From assembly GCA_038204425.1 (NCBI GenBank), contig JBBRCZ010000009.1:32001-96000 (forward strand): a stretch of 64,000 bases of DNA, written 5' to 3'. Both the position numbers and the translations under genes were made by a program. The DNA comes from Spirochaetia bacterium (GTDB taxonomy: Bacteria; Spirochaetota; Spirochaetia; DSM-27196; Salinispiraceae). This document shows positions 19,833 to 29,126 of the stretch, piece after piece. The first letter of the stretch is position 1. Each line of letters starts with the position of its first letter. The notes beneath the pieces were generated by a model. That model made no database searches. It had not been told where the DNA came from and worked only from the letters and a program-made list of their open reading frames with translations.

Positions 19833-21579
19833 GGCTGGCTCCTAGTTGCGAAAGCTGAAGTTTTCCGCCGGAAAGGGGTGCATCATCACTTTCGGCATTC
19901 ATCTGATACTCAATTTTTGATCTGTCCTCGCACAAAGTCATCTTGAGGATAATTATTTGGTCAGGAACGATAGGTTTCATAAATTTTACTCTTTTGATGG
20001 TATGTAGATAGGAATCCAATCCCCAATAACGATATGAGCAACGCATAATCCAATCGATTTGGACGACGCCAGGAACTATTGGAAAGTTATCAAAATGACC
20101 ATCAAAACAAGGATTGTCAATCCGGTAGACAATGCGCGCCTCAAGCTGATTGCTTGTATGGCTTTCTTGGAGTATTTCAGGCTCGCAAGAATTTCCCGAG
20201 TCTTCAAATAAAGCCACAAGATCCTTCCTCCTAATTTTCCCCTGCTGATCTCGAGGTAAGGCATCCACAAAACGCCACTTACGCGGGATCAACAGTGCTT
20301 CGTAATAGCTTGCCAATGACTGCTTAATGCGTTTTACAATTTCGGGTTTACCAAGAAGTTGGAGTTCCAATTTTAAGGCTTGATCGAGCACAATCACAGC
20401 TGCCACAAATTGCCTTTTCCCTGACAGAGCCAGTACTGATTGATCCACGATACCGTCCAATGAGGCAAGTCGAATGCCCATTTCGTCAAGATTTAAGCGT
20501 TTCTCTTCTATTTTAACCACCGCATCCAGGCGACCAAGCAGAAAAAAAGTCTGGTTGAGAAGCAAGTCTACACGATCGCCCCCAGTATAGAACTCACTGT
20601 TCTCCAGGTAGGGAGAACGAATGCGTATGACTTCATCAGGGCCAGTTTGGAGTTGTATTCCCGCAAAAGGATTCCAGGCTGAGGTTCCCGGCGACGTGCG
20701 CCAAGCAATTCCACCGGTTTCGGTGCTACCAAAAATTTCATGTATCGGAGATCTAGTAAGATCGAATAGTTGTTGCGCCGTTTGTTGGGGCAAATCACCC
20801 CCAGATGACAATAGCACAGGCGCATAATGCAGGTTTTTTAAGCTTGAGCCAAGTTCGGCTAGTCGCTTGTAAAATGCTGGACTGGAAACAACAACCAGCT
20901 TAGTCTGGCAAGCACGTACAAAAGCTTCTGGATACACCAGTCGAATTGAATTGATCGGCCGACTAAAAAAAATCGGCACTAGTATTGCAAAAAGCAAGCC
21001 GTAAAAATGTTGATGACTTACGGTGCTTACAAAAGTGCGATCTTCAAATAATGGACTCCACAGGTCGATGAGGTTTTGCAGCTCTGTCTCAATCTGACCT
21101 AGTGTTTTACTAATTATTTGCGGCTTTCCAGTGCTTCCCGAAGTAAATAAATGGACACTGGGGATTTTGGAATCAAGCTTGCCAATTTCCAAGTCAGGAC
21201 TCACGGCGCTTGTTTGAGACAGAACAGTCTCAATTATAAAGGCGTCCTGGCGGCCGCTTCTTTGGGAACTTACGTTGTCCAAAAGCAAGCCCGTTTCACT
21301 ATCAAGAAGGCTTGCAATAAATTCTGACTGACAGTTGCCGGGGAGCAATACCTTTTTATCACTGGCCAACAAAGCGATAAAAGCCGGAATAAACAAGCCA
21401 GAATCTTCAGTAAAGAGCAGCCATTTATTAAAGCCTTTTTTTAAGACCTGTTTTTGAATTAAGGCAGCCTGGTTTAGGATATCTTTTGCGTAAAAAATTG
21501 TGTTATCAATGTTGGAGTAAACGGGGGTCTGAAGATTATTTGAGAGTTGATCCGAGATAATATGCTTAAACGTTTTCAT
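19825..21579 (-). CDS. AMP-binding acyl-ACP synthetase fused to a C-terminal dehydratase (ApeH-ApeI fusion)
   Basis: FTSGSTGKP, FGSTETGG, GRLD; C-terminal FDGHFDNFPIVPGVVQIDW. Confidence 0.88.
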   Translation of the reverse strand: MKTFKHIISDQLSNNLQTPVYSNIDNTIFYAKDILNQAALIQKQVLKKGFNKWLLFTEDSGLFIPAFIALLASDKKVLLPGNCQSEFIASLLDSETGLLLDNVSSQRSGRQDAFIIETVLSQTSAVSPDLEIGKLDSKIPSVHLFTSGSTGKPQIISKTLGQIETELQNLIDLWSPLFEDRTFVSTVSHQHFYGLLFAILVPIFFSRPINSIRLVYPEAFVRACQTKLVVVSSPAFYKRLAELGSSLKNLHYAPVLLSSGGDLPQQTAQQLFDLTRSPIHEIFGSTETGGIAWRTSPGTSAWNPFAGIQLQTGPDEVIRIRSPYLENSEFYTGGDRVDLLLNQTFFLLGRLDAVVKIEEKRLNLDEMGIRLASLDGIVDQSVLALSGKRQFVAAVIVLDQALKLELQLLGKPEIVKRIKQSLASYYEALLIPRKWRFVDALPRDQQGKIRRKDLVALFEDSGNSCEPEILQESHTSNQLEARIVYRIDNPCFDGHFDNFPIVPGVVQIDWIMRCSYRYWGLDSYLHTIKRVKFMKPIVPDQIIILKMTLCEDRSKIEYQMNAESDDAPLSGGKLQLSQLGASHV

Positions 21580-22163
21580 TGCTTAAAAACCAGCTTCCTG
21601 TAAACAAATTCAACAGAAAGCAAAATTCCCATCAAAACATAGGAAACTATGCCATTGTAGATGGCCCAAACGGCCGAATCAGCAGCAACGACAGTCCAAA
21701 GTGATATCGATATATTGAGAACAAAGAACACGCACCAAATTGTAGTTACCGTTCGGCAATAGCGCTCGATTGCTGGGCGATCTTTGGAGGTTAAAAGAGC
21801 TTTATCCCTTAGACTGGCAATCTTAAAAATTACACTTGGACCAGAAATGAGAGAGAACAAAAAAGTCACCAAGAAGAAGCTTGTCAGCAAAACAGGGTAG
21901 ACTTTTACAAAATCAGGGTTATCAGTAATCCAAGCAAATACGATTACAAGACCTAACAAAGAGGCGAAAATCCAAAATTGGATGATTTCTCTACGCGTGC
22001 TACGACTATTTTGACGATTTGCTAGTAAATTTAGCACCGCTACGACTAGTAAAGCGAGTGACAAAACTCGAGCTGAGGCTTGAAAGTAAATGATACCAAT
22101 CAAGACAACCAAAGGATATGCCAATGAAACAATGATCAAAATGAACTTTCCGAAACGGTTCAC
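21576..22163 (-). CDS. COG4648-type membrane protein (ApeG-like)
   Basis: Multi-TM; YCRTVTTIWCVFF..N, WAIYNGIVSY. Confidence 0.8.
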   Translation of the reverse strand: MNRFGKFILIIVSLAYPLVVLIGIIYFQASARVLSLALLVVAVLNLLANRQNSRSTRREIIQFWIFASLLGLVIVFAWITDNPDFVKVYPVLLTSFFLVTFLFSLISGPSVIFKIASLRDKALLTSKDRPAIERYCRTVTTIWCVFFVLNISISLWTVVAADSAVWAIYNGIVSYVLMGILLSVEFVYRKLVFKQ

Positions 22164-22168
22164 ACGTT

Positions 22169-22423
22169 TTATTCCGTAATGTGATTTACAAGTGCGTAGA
22201 TCACTTCTACTACGTCCTCAACAGTGCGCACTTTCTTAAAAGTCTCAGGATCGATACGTTTGTCAGTAAAGTTTTGTAGCTTAACAATCAAGTCAACTGC
22301 ATCTATGCTATCAAGATCAAGATCCTCAATAAAGCGGGATGCCAAAGTAACCGTCTCTTTTGGTATCTCAAAGGACGTTTCTAAAATCTCTTTGACTTTC
22401 GCAAAAATTTCTTCTCGTTTCAT
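22169..22423 (-). CDS. Acyl carrier protein (ApeF-like)
   Basis: DLDLDSIDAVDL; FKKVRTVEDVV. Confidence 0.93.
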   Translation of the reverse strand: MKREEIFAKVKEILETSFEIPKETVTLASRFIEDLDLDSIDAVDLIVKLQNFTDKRIDPETFKKVRTVEDVVEVIYALVNHITE

Positions 22424-22693
22424 TTACTGCTTCTCAGCTTTCCAGTCTGCACTGATAAATTCGATCAAACTTTGCACCGAGGCAAAATGCTTGCGATTTT
22501 CCTGATCTTCTGCCGAGAGATTGATGTTAAACTTCTTCTTGATAGCAACTCCAAGTTCGAGAGCATCGATCGAGTCCAAGCCTAAACCCTCACCGAACAA
22601 AGGTGCCTCAGTCTTAATATCCTCAGGATTGATATCTTCCAGATCCAAAGATTTGATAATCAATTGTTTAATTTGCAGTTCTAGATTTTCCAT
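22424..22693 (-). CDS. Acyl carrier protein (ApeE-like)
   Basis: PLFGEGLGLDSIDALEL. Confidence 0.93.
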   Translation of the reverse strand: MENLELQIKQLIIKSLDLEDINPEDIKTEAPLFGEGLGLDSIDALELGVAIKKKFNINLSAEDQENRKHFASVQSLIEFISADWKAEKQ

Positions 22694-22699
22694 AATTTC

Positions 22700-23479
22700 C
22701 TACTGTTTTTGTTGAGGAATAATAATCAGTTCCATTTCGTGTGTCAATGTTCGCGCTGCAAGGCTTAGTTCTTGTTTGTCAAAAGTCTCCATTTTAAGGG
22801 TTTCTTGCAGTTCAACAAAGAAATGCATGCAAAAATTTTTTGGCGCCATAAAAAACGAATCGCCTTTCCTAAGACCACTTGTATCATCGACCTTAAACAA
22901 CAAAGGGACAATATCTGCGCCACTTCTCAATGCAATCTGAGCACACCCTCGCTTTAGACCGGGGATCGTTTGTTCGCTTATTCGAGTGCCCTGGGGAAAA
23001 ATAATAATATTATTTCCTTCATTCAATGAGCTTTTACAAGCCGCTAACAGATCATCAAATTGTAGCGAGTTAGGTATGTAAAGGGTGCTAACAATAAGGC
23101 GCACAAAGGGATTGGTCCATAGTTTTGACTTTACTATACAATCTGCGCTCGGAGTGTAAGCTATGAGAAACACAACATCAAGCAATGAAGGGTGGTTGGA
23201 GATAATTATTTTTCCGCTATTCTTTTTAAATTGTTTAAGATCACCAAATTTTAGGCGGATTATGCCAAAAAAACGCATTAAGTTTATAAAAAACCTAAAA
23301 GAGAAACTAACAGCGCCACGCATCGCTTTGCGGTATCTTTTTCTGGGGTGTACGAATGTTGATAGGGTTGGAAAAATAAGCAAGCCTAGAATCAATCCAC
23401 CTAGGCCAAAGAAGAAAAAAGAAGTCGCTTTGGCACAAACATACCAAACAGAGGCAAATGGTCGAAAAAAAGCTTTCAT
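22700..23479 (-). CDS. PlsC-family acyltransferase (ApeD-like)
   Basis: NHPSLLD and FPQGTR motifs. Confidence 0.88.
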   Translation of the reverse strand: MKAFFRPFASVWYVCAKATSFFFFGLGGLILGLLIFPTLSTFVHPRKRYRKAMRGAVSFSFRFFINLMRFFGIIRLKFGDLKQFKKNSGKIIISNHPSLLDVVFLIAYTPSADCIVKSKLWTNPFVRLIVSTLYIPNSLQFDDLLAACKSSLNEGNNIIIFPQGTRISEQTIPGLKRGCAQIALRSGADIVPLLFKVDDTSGLRKGDSFFMAPKNFCMHFFVELQETLKMETFDKQELSLAARTLTHEMELIIIPQQKQ

Positions 23480-24243
23480 GGCAGTCTCTCCAAGTGTAAG
23501 GTCGCATTACTGCCACCTATTGTTAGCGATGATTCTGCTTTTTGTAGCAGCCATTTTACAAAAATCAAAGGACTAGGATTATTGCTGTTGTCTAATGAAC
23601 TGGGCGAGTACCTATCAGGTACCTGGTCTTCAGAACTATTTTGATAATCAAGATCAAATTGGATGTGGTTGTTTTCATAGTCTCGAGAGAACTTAAAGGC
23701 ACAAGCATAGGGCTTAACCGGATTCTCTGTTAATTCGTTGTATTCATCAGGTAGGCATTCATCGCCTAACAAAACAATTACTTTCTTGCAGCTATTGTCG
23801 TGCAATACAGAGGCCGCTTCTAAGAGCGCAGCAAAAAAAATATCTTGTCCGCCAAAAATGGCTGAAGCAGGGTGCTTGCAATCAATAACTATAGATAGGT
23901 GGGCCACTGGAGTATTAAAAACCGAGACACTAAACGCAGCTGGAGATACCTCGGATTCTTCGATCAATTTTTTGGAGATTCGATATTGTTGCTGTACTTC
24001 TCCATAGCTTGAGGCAAAAATAAGGCGTTGAAAATCTGCCGGTTGTGCGACTTCATAACCAACTTGGACAATCATCTTGCTCAGTTGACTCATGCGGCGG
24101 CGGATCATAGGATCAACAAACAAAAGTGCTGGACTATCCCTTGCTAGTGAGAGTTCTTTTTTGCTATCCGCCCAAGCCTGCCAGTCCTCAGGCGTCTCAC
24201 AACCGGGCGCCCAGCTGCTCCATTTTTCAAGGCAAAGCCTCAT
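23476..24243 (-). CDS. Beta-ketoacyl synthase chain-length factor (ApeC-like)
   Basis: WSSWAPG..DWQAW, RRRMS, VSPAAFSVSVFN; no catalytic Cys. Confidence 0.85.
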   Translation of the reverse strand: MRLCLEKWSSWAPGCETPEDWQAWADSKKELSLARDSPALLFVDPMIRRRMSQLSKMIVQVGYEVAQPADFQRLIFASSYGEVQQQYRISKKLIEESEVSPAAFSVSVFNTPVAHLSIVIDCKHPASAIFGGQDIFFAALLEAASVLHDNSCKKVIVLLGDECLPDEYNELTENPVKPYACAFKFSRDYENNHIQFDLDYQNSSEDQVPDRYSPSSLDNSNNPSPLIFVKWLLQKAESSLTIGGSNATLHLERLP

Positions 24244-25337
24244 TATTTGCTTGCTACTTTTCTAAAGCGGAGCAATGAATAGTCGTGGATACCCAAGCCA
24301 TTGATAGTTTCTTCAAGGGTAAATCCAGCCTTGGTAATCACCTCTACCAATTCAGCCAGTCGGTACATTTTACTATTGCCGTTGGCAATATTGGAAAAAT
24401 ACAGTGAAGTCGCATGTAGCGAGTAGGCGGCTGCCGGAAAGCGTTGTTGATCCCATAGTGGTTCTAGTACGTAGATATCAGCTTGTGGATCAACTGCAGC
24501 ATACACTTTTTTTAGTATCGTTTCTATTTCGTGAAGTGCAAAGCAATCTAGGAACTGGCTCATCCAAACAATATCTGCACCGGTAGCTAGGGTGCTATTG
24601 GGGTCGAGTATGTTTGTAGCAGCCGCATCGATCCGGTCAATAAACCCTGCGTCGCTGACATTTTCTAGCGCGACTTTAACTTGCCCCGGCAAGTCAACGA
24701 TTGTTACTTTTACATTAGGATCAAAATTGGCGCAAGCAATTGCCCATTTAGCAGTATTGCCACCAATGTCCATCAAACGTGCAGGTTTGTTTTTTAGTAC
24801 TATCGGTAGCGCCTGAGGAAATGCAATATCTGAATAATGATGATCAAAAGCGAACCAGCTTTCTTTAACGTGGACGGGCAGGGTAGCCAAGGCCTCATAT
24901 ACCGTATTCCACGTGCCAAAAACTTCTAGTCCTGTTGGTTTCCCTGTACGCATCGAAGCCTCAAGAGAAAAAGCACCCTCGTAACAAACATCGTGCATAA
25001 AGTCCATATTGGCAATGGTCATGGGATCGTTGATCAGAAAATGCCCGATTTTACTCAATACAAAAGTAAACGGCTCTTGCTCATCCTTTAGCTTAACTAA
25101 CTCCATGCTAAGGGCAAACTCCAGCAGTGTGTTGACTGCATAATAGCTGAGTGATAGATTCTGAGCTACACAATTTGCAGTTATTCCTGACTCACCCGAT
25201 TTTTCGATTTCAGAAAGAATACCCATGTTTCGCAGAGAACGCGATGCCTGAAAAGCATAAGGTCCAAAAGCTATCTTTTGAGCCTCAAATTTGGCTTCGA
25301 GAGCACTCCTGTGTTCTTTCAAAAAAAAATCATTCAT
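24243..25337 (-). CDS. SAM-dependent methyltransferase (ApeB-like)
   Basis: EAQKIAFGP, DIGGNTAKW, DLP, WMSQFLDCF, ANGNSKMY. Confidence 0.88.
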   Translation of the reverse strand: MNDFFLKEHRSALEAKFEAQKIAFGPYAFQASRSLRNMGILSEIEKSGESGITANCVAQNLSLSYYAVNTLLEFALSMELVKLKDEQEPFTFVLSKIGHFLINDPMTIANMDFMHDVCYEGAFSLEASMRTGKPTGLEVFGTWNTVYEALATLPVHVKESWFAFDHHYSDIAFPQALPIVLKNKPARLMDIGGNTAKWAIACANFDPNVKVTIVDLPGQVKVALENVSDAGFIDRIDAAATNILDPNSTLATGADIVWMSQFLDCFALHEIETILKKVYAAVDPQADIYVLEPLWDQQRFPAAAYSLHATSLYFSNIANGNSKMYRLAELVEVITKAGFTLEETINGLGIHDYSLLRFRKVASK

Positions 25338-25470
25338 TTTCTATACTCACTTACTTTGGTTTTGGTTCCGCCTGATTCAGCAAGCCGCCATTATTAAAGA
25401 AAGAATCATATACTAACAATTTCTTCTATTGACAACAGTATTTTGAGCACAATCAAAAATCTTTTATGAA

Positions 25471-25754
25471 GCATTGGCAGGAGCAATAGCGTTGCCTATC
25501 GGAATTGGTCTGCAAAACTTTCCGAAGGTGCAACAGTCTCAATTCCACTGCGCAGAGAGGGTTTCTCGCGACTAAGGGCCTTCAACTACGGGCAGCTCTC
25601 TGGCGTTGTGGAACCAATTGCTGGAGCAATGATTTTCGTCTGTGTAGAAGAGCTTATCCCTGACTCACAGTCAGGCAATGAAACCGACTTTTTTACAGTC
25701 GGCGCCATGCTTGGGTTTGCAACCATGATGTTCTTGGATGTTGGTTTCGGTTAA
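25471..25754 (+). pseudogene. ZIP/GufA-family metal transporter remnant
   Basis: Manual translation gives IGIGLQNFP/(E)GATVSIPLRREGFSRLRAFNYGQLSGVVEPIAG-AMIFVCVEELIP...MMFLDVGFG*. The N-terminus is missing, and there is a frameshift and an internal deletion. Confidence 0.85.
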
Positions 25755-25783
25755 GAAGTACAAAGCACTTTTCACGATGAATC

Positions 25784-26734
25784 TTATTTGTCCAATCGAG
25801 TTAAAATCCAATTCTGAACCGCTTGAATAAATTCTGCCTTCTCTGGTTCGTGCAACTGATCGTGATAGGAAGTCGCTGGTTCCAACAATAGTTTGTCAGC
25901 CGAACCAGCTCTTTTGGCCAACTGCCGACTGCCTTCAATGTTGGTAATCTTGTCAGCAGAGCTGTGGGTAATCAAGAAAGGCAAAGTGATTTTTTCCATG
26001 TTCGTCTGAACGTTATCGATCGCATCAGCAGTAGCTGCCGCCGATCTTGCGGGCAGATTGTCAAAAGAAATGAGTGTATCAGCTCTAAAAGCCGTCTGTG
26101 CTTCCTCGGTGCGCACAAAGTACGTATCTTCTAAAGGCTGAACGGATAGACTAGGCAAGACAAAGCCGAGTATTCGTACGACGAAGACTGAAAAACCAGA
26201 AACGTCATCGCCTAGCTTTAGTGCTGGGCCAGACAAAACCATGCCTGCTAAGTTTTTTTGGTGAACTAAGGCGTACTCTGTTGTAATCAAGCCCCCTAAA
26301 CTATGTCCAAAGGCGAATATCTTAAGGCCAGGAAAATCTTTTTGGGCTCTTAGGATGATCCGATCTAAATCATTGGTTACTTGAGTCATGGAATCAAAAC
26401 GCTGGCGTTCTCCTTCACTTCGACCGAATCCGCGCAAATCCTGGGCATAAACTACTAAACCGTTTGTGGCTAATGACTCTGCAAGTTCTGCATAGCGCAG
26501 CGCATGATCTCGCAGACCATGTGTTATGACCACCACACCTTGGGGAGAGGACGTGGGCATCCAACGGTAACCCTGCAAGTTGAGCCCGTCCTCAGAAACC
26601 GTGGTGAACGATTCAAACACGTACTGATCTGTTTTGGTATTCTCTGGGACAGGCGGGGCCACAAAAGTTGTGTTGGCACAGTTTACCAAGATTAGAGTCA
26701 GTAAAATAAAAAACGACAGTTTAAAAAATCTCAT
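25784..26734 (-). CDS. Alpha/beta hydrolase (lysophospholipase/monoglyceride lipase-like) lipoprotein
   Basis: HGLRDH, DLRGFGRS, GHSLGG; lipobox LVNC; RBS AAGGAGG before ATG 26734. Confidence 0.88.
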   Translation of the reverse strand: MRFFKLSFFILLTLILVNCANTTFVAPPVPENTKTDQYVFESFTTVSEDGLNLQGYRWMPTSSPQGVVVITHGLRDHALRYAELAESLATNGLVVYAQDLRGFGRSEGERQRFDSMTQVTNDLDRIILRAQKDFPGLKIFAFGHSLGGLITTEYALVHQKNLAGMVLSGPALKLGDDVSGFSVFVVRILGFVLPSLSVQPLEDTYFVRTEEAQTAFRADTLISFDNLPARSAAATADAIDNVQTNMEKITLPFLITHSSADKITNIEGSRQLAKRAGSADKLLLEPATSYHDQLHEPEKAEFIQAVQNWILTRLDK

Positions 26735-26853
26735 CTTTATGTGCCCTCCTTTGAGCACAGAAGAAATGTAATACACCGTTCTTTATATGTCCAGTGTTCT
26801 TCTTGGCCCAACCGTATCTTGTTTGTTTTGCCCAATTCCGCTAGGATAGCGCA

Positions 26854-27465
26854 ATGTCCGTAACAGACCGAAAAGAGAGAGACCTTGCTGCCCGCCGCAG
26901 AAAAATCTTGGATGCGGCTTGGTCTCTGGCGGAAACGGAAGGCTGGTCGGGCGTTTCCATTCGCAAATTGGCCGAAATTATTGAGTACGGTCCTACAGTT
27001 CTCTATCAACACTTTACCAACAAAGATGAAATTCTGCGTGAGCTTAGAGAAGAGGCTTTTGACGAACTGATTGAGGCTCTAGCTGAGGCGTGGGGAAAAG
27101 CTGCCCCTAGGCATGAGATTCAATCACTTGCACAGGCCTATCTCGACTTCGGAATTCACAGGAAAGTACGATACGAAGTGATGATGGAATTAGGTGGAGT
27201 GATTTTTAGCGAAAAACACCCAACGGCAAAAGCCGCTCAATTGATGCAGGAGGTTGAAAGTGCAATCAAGGCTTGGTGCCTTTCCGAAGGTTTAAAGGTA
27301 GAGCATTTAACTATGGAGTGGTTCGAACTATGCCTCTATTTGCACGGTCTTGTAGCCGCTCGGTCAATCAGTTTTATACAGGATTCCGAACAGACTCTAA
27401 AAGCCTTATTTCAATTTGGCGTCAACGATTTGATGAATGCTTGGCGTCTGAGGTTTGCGAAATAA
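26854..27465 (+). CDS. TetR/AcrR family transcriptional regulator
   Basis: ILDAA...SIRKLAEIIEYGPTVLYQHFTNKDEI HTH; divergent from the hydrolase. Confidence 0.9.
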   Translation: MSVTDRKERDLAARRRKILDAAWSLAETEGWSGVSIRKLAEIIEYGPTVLYQHFTNKDEILRELREEAFDELIEALAEAWGKAAPRHEIQSLAQAYLDFGIHRKVRYEVMMELGGVIFSEKHPTAKAAQLMQEVESAIKAWCLSEGLKVEHLTMEWFELCLYLHGLVAARSISFIQDSEQTLKALFQFGVNDLMNAWRLRFAK

Positions 27466-27518
27466 GTAATCTTGCTGCACTTTCCGCTCTCTTAGTCGCG
27501 TGCTCTATACAAATTTGT

Positions 27519-28436
27519 TCAAAAAATCTCCGGGACCACAATTTCTGATGGAATAGCTGCGCGCACATAGTCTTGGTGGTGTTCGCGCGGTGGCAAGACT
27601 ATGTGAGGATGGGTAACTTCCTCGTAGGGCATTTGGCTTAAAAGGTGATGGATGCAGTTGAGGCGAGCCTTTTTTTTGTCCACCGCCTGCACAACCCACC
27701 AAGGTGCCTCTGCAATATGGGTACGTTCAAACATAATTTCTTTTGCCTTGGTATATTCTTCCCACCGTTTGCGTGATTCAAGATCCATCGGGCTGAGCTT
27801 CCATTGTTTGAGTGGATCATGAATACGCCCCAAAAAACGCATATGTTGTTCTTGGTCAGAAATGGAAAACCAGTACTTAATAAGTTGAATACCCGACCGT
27901 ACCAGCATTCGTTCAAATTCGGGGACCGAGCGAAAAAACTCTTCGTACTGTTCGTCAGAGCAAAAGCCCATAACCCGTTCCACGCCAGCTCGGTTATACC
28001 ATGAGCGGTCAAAAAAAACGATCTCGCCGGCTGATGGAAGATGCGAAATATAGCGTTGAAAGTACCACTGAGTTTTTTCACGTTCGTTTGGGGCGGGGAG
28101 GGCAGCGACACGGCACACGCGTGGATTAAGTCGCTGGGTAATGCGTTTAATTACACCACCTTTTCCTGCGGCATCTCTGCCTTCAAAAAGTATGACAACT
28201 TTATGCCCGGTTGCGACGACCCAATCCTGCAGTTTTACCAGCTCGCCTTGCATGCGAAATAGTTCGCGAAAATATTTGCGTCGATATTCTTTTTCTTCAG
28301 TAGTGATTGAAGCGATGCCGTCTTCGGAGTTTCTTTCGGTTAGATAATCTTCTAACTCCATTTCTAGTTCTTCGTCGTAGATGTCACTAAGATCGCGGTG
28401 CACGCGTCGTACAAGTTCTTCTTCGCTGGTGCTCAT
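27519..28436 (-). CDS. ppk2: Polyphosphate kinase 2
   Basis: FEGRDAAGKGG, FDRSWYNRAGVERVMGF, WKLSPMD. Confidence 0.95.
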   Translation of the reverse strand: MSTSEEELVRRVHRDLSDIYDEELEMELEDYLTERNSEDGIASITTEEKEYRRKYFRELFRMQGELVKLQDWVVATGHKVVILFEGRDAAGKGGVIKRITQRLNPRVCRVAALPAPNEREKTQWYFQRYISHLPSAGEIVFFDRSWYNRAGVERVMGFCSDEQYEEFFRSVPEFERMLVRSGIQLIKYWFSISDQEQHMRFLGRIHDPLKQWKLSPMDLESRKRWEEYTKAKEIMFERTHIAEAPWWVVQAVDKKKARLNCIHHLLSQMPYEEVTHPHIVLPPREHHQDYVRAAIPSEIVVPEIF

Positions 28437-28506
28437 GAATAACTCCTCATTATACGCCCTATAGAACTATAACTACGCAAGATACCGGTTTGGTCTTGGT
28501 GAAAGT

Positions 28507-28957
28507 TTGGTTAAATCAAGCTTTGGCTCTGGCAAAAGTCCACTAGTTTTTGGAACCATTGCGGCGGAAAGCCAAAGGTTGATCAGCGAGACTTATCCTG
28601 CCTTTGTGCAGCAGTTTATGCCGCACTATGGCCAGCCCGATGCCGACCTGCTAGAGAACATTTCCGCTGCCATCATTGTCAATCAGCAGCGGCTTGGCGG
28701 CAATGGACATGGCAGCCGTGATTGATGAAAGCAAATCGCTCAATGCGGGCGCTTTGTTGCCTAAGGATTATGCGGCTGATTCCTGGTACTGGGAAATCTA
28801 CAAAAACTATAGCCTGTTTGACATGGACAAGCCAATCAATAAATTCACCAAAGATGAGCGGAAAAATCTCTTGCAACACGACGATGGACGCAAGATCAAA
28901 GTGGGCAAAATTGGCCTCACTTATGAAGGGATTGTCAACAAGCTCAAGAATGTTTAG
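28507..28957 (+). pseudogene. UvrA-like (DrrC/UvrA2) ABC ATPase remnant
   Basis: GSGKSPLVFGTIAAESQRLISETYPAFVQ...IIVNQQRLGGN, then a frameshifted or deleted join to DESKSLNAGAL...YEGIV; most of the gene is missing. Confidence 0.8.
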
Positions 28958-29126
28958 GTCTCAATGCCCCGCCGGTTTTACTCAGCTTTGCGAGTCAGAA
29001 TACTGCTATAACAGGTCATAATCAAAAGAATGTACTTAAAAACCTTTTTTTTTGCCGTTCTAGTGCTAAAATTAAGGATAGTTAGTTATACCGTATTTAA
29101 AAAAAGTGCCAATGGAGGCCTAAATC

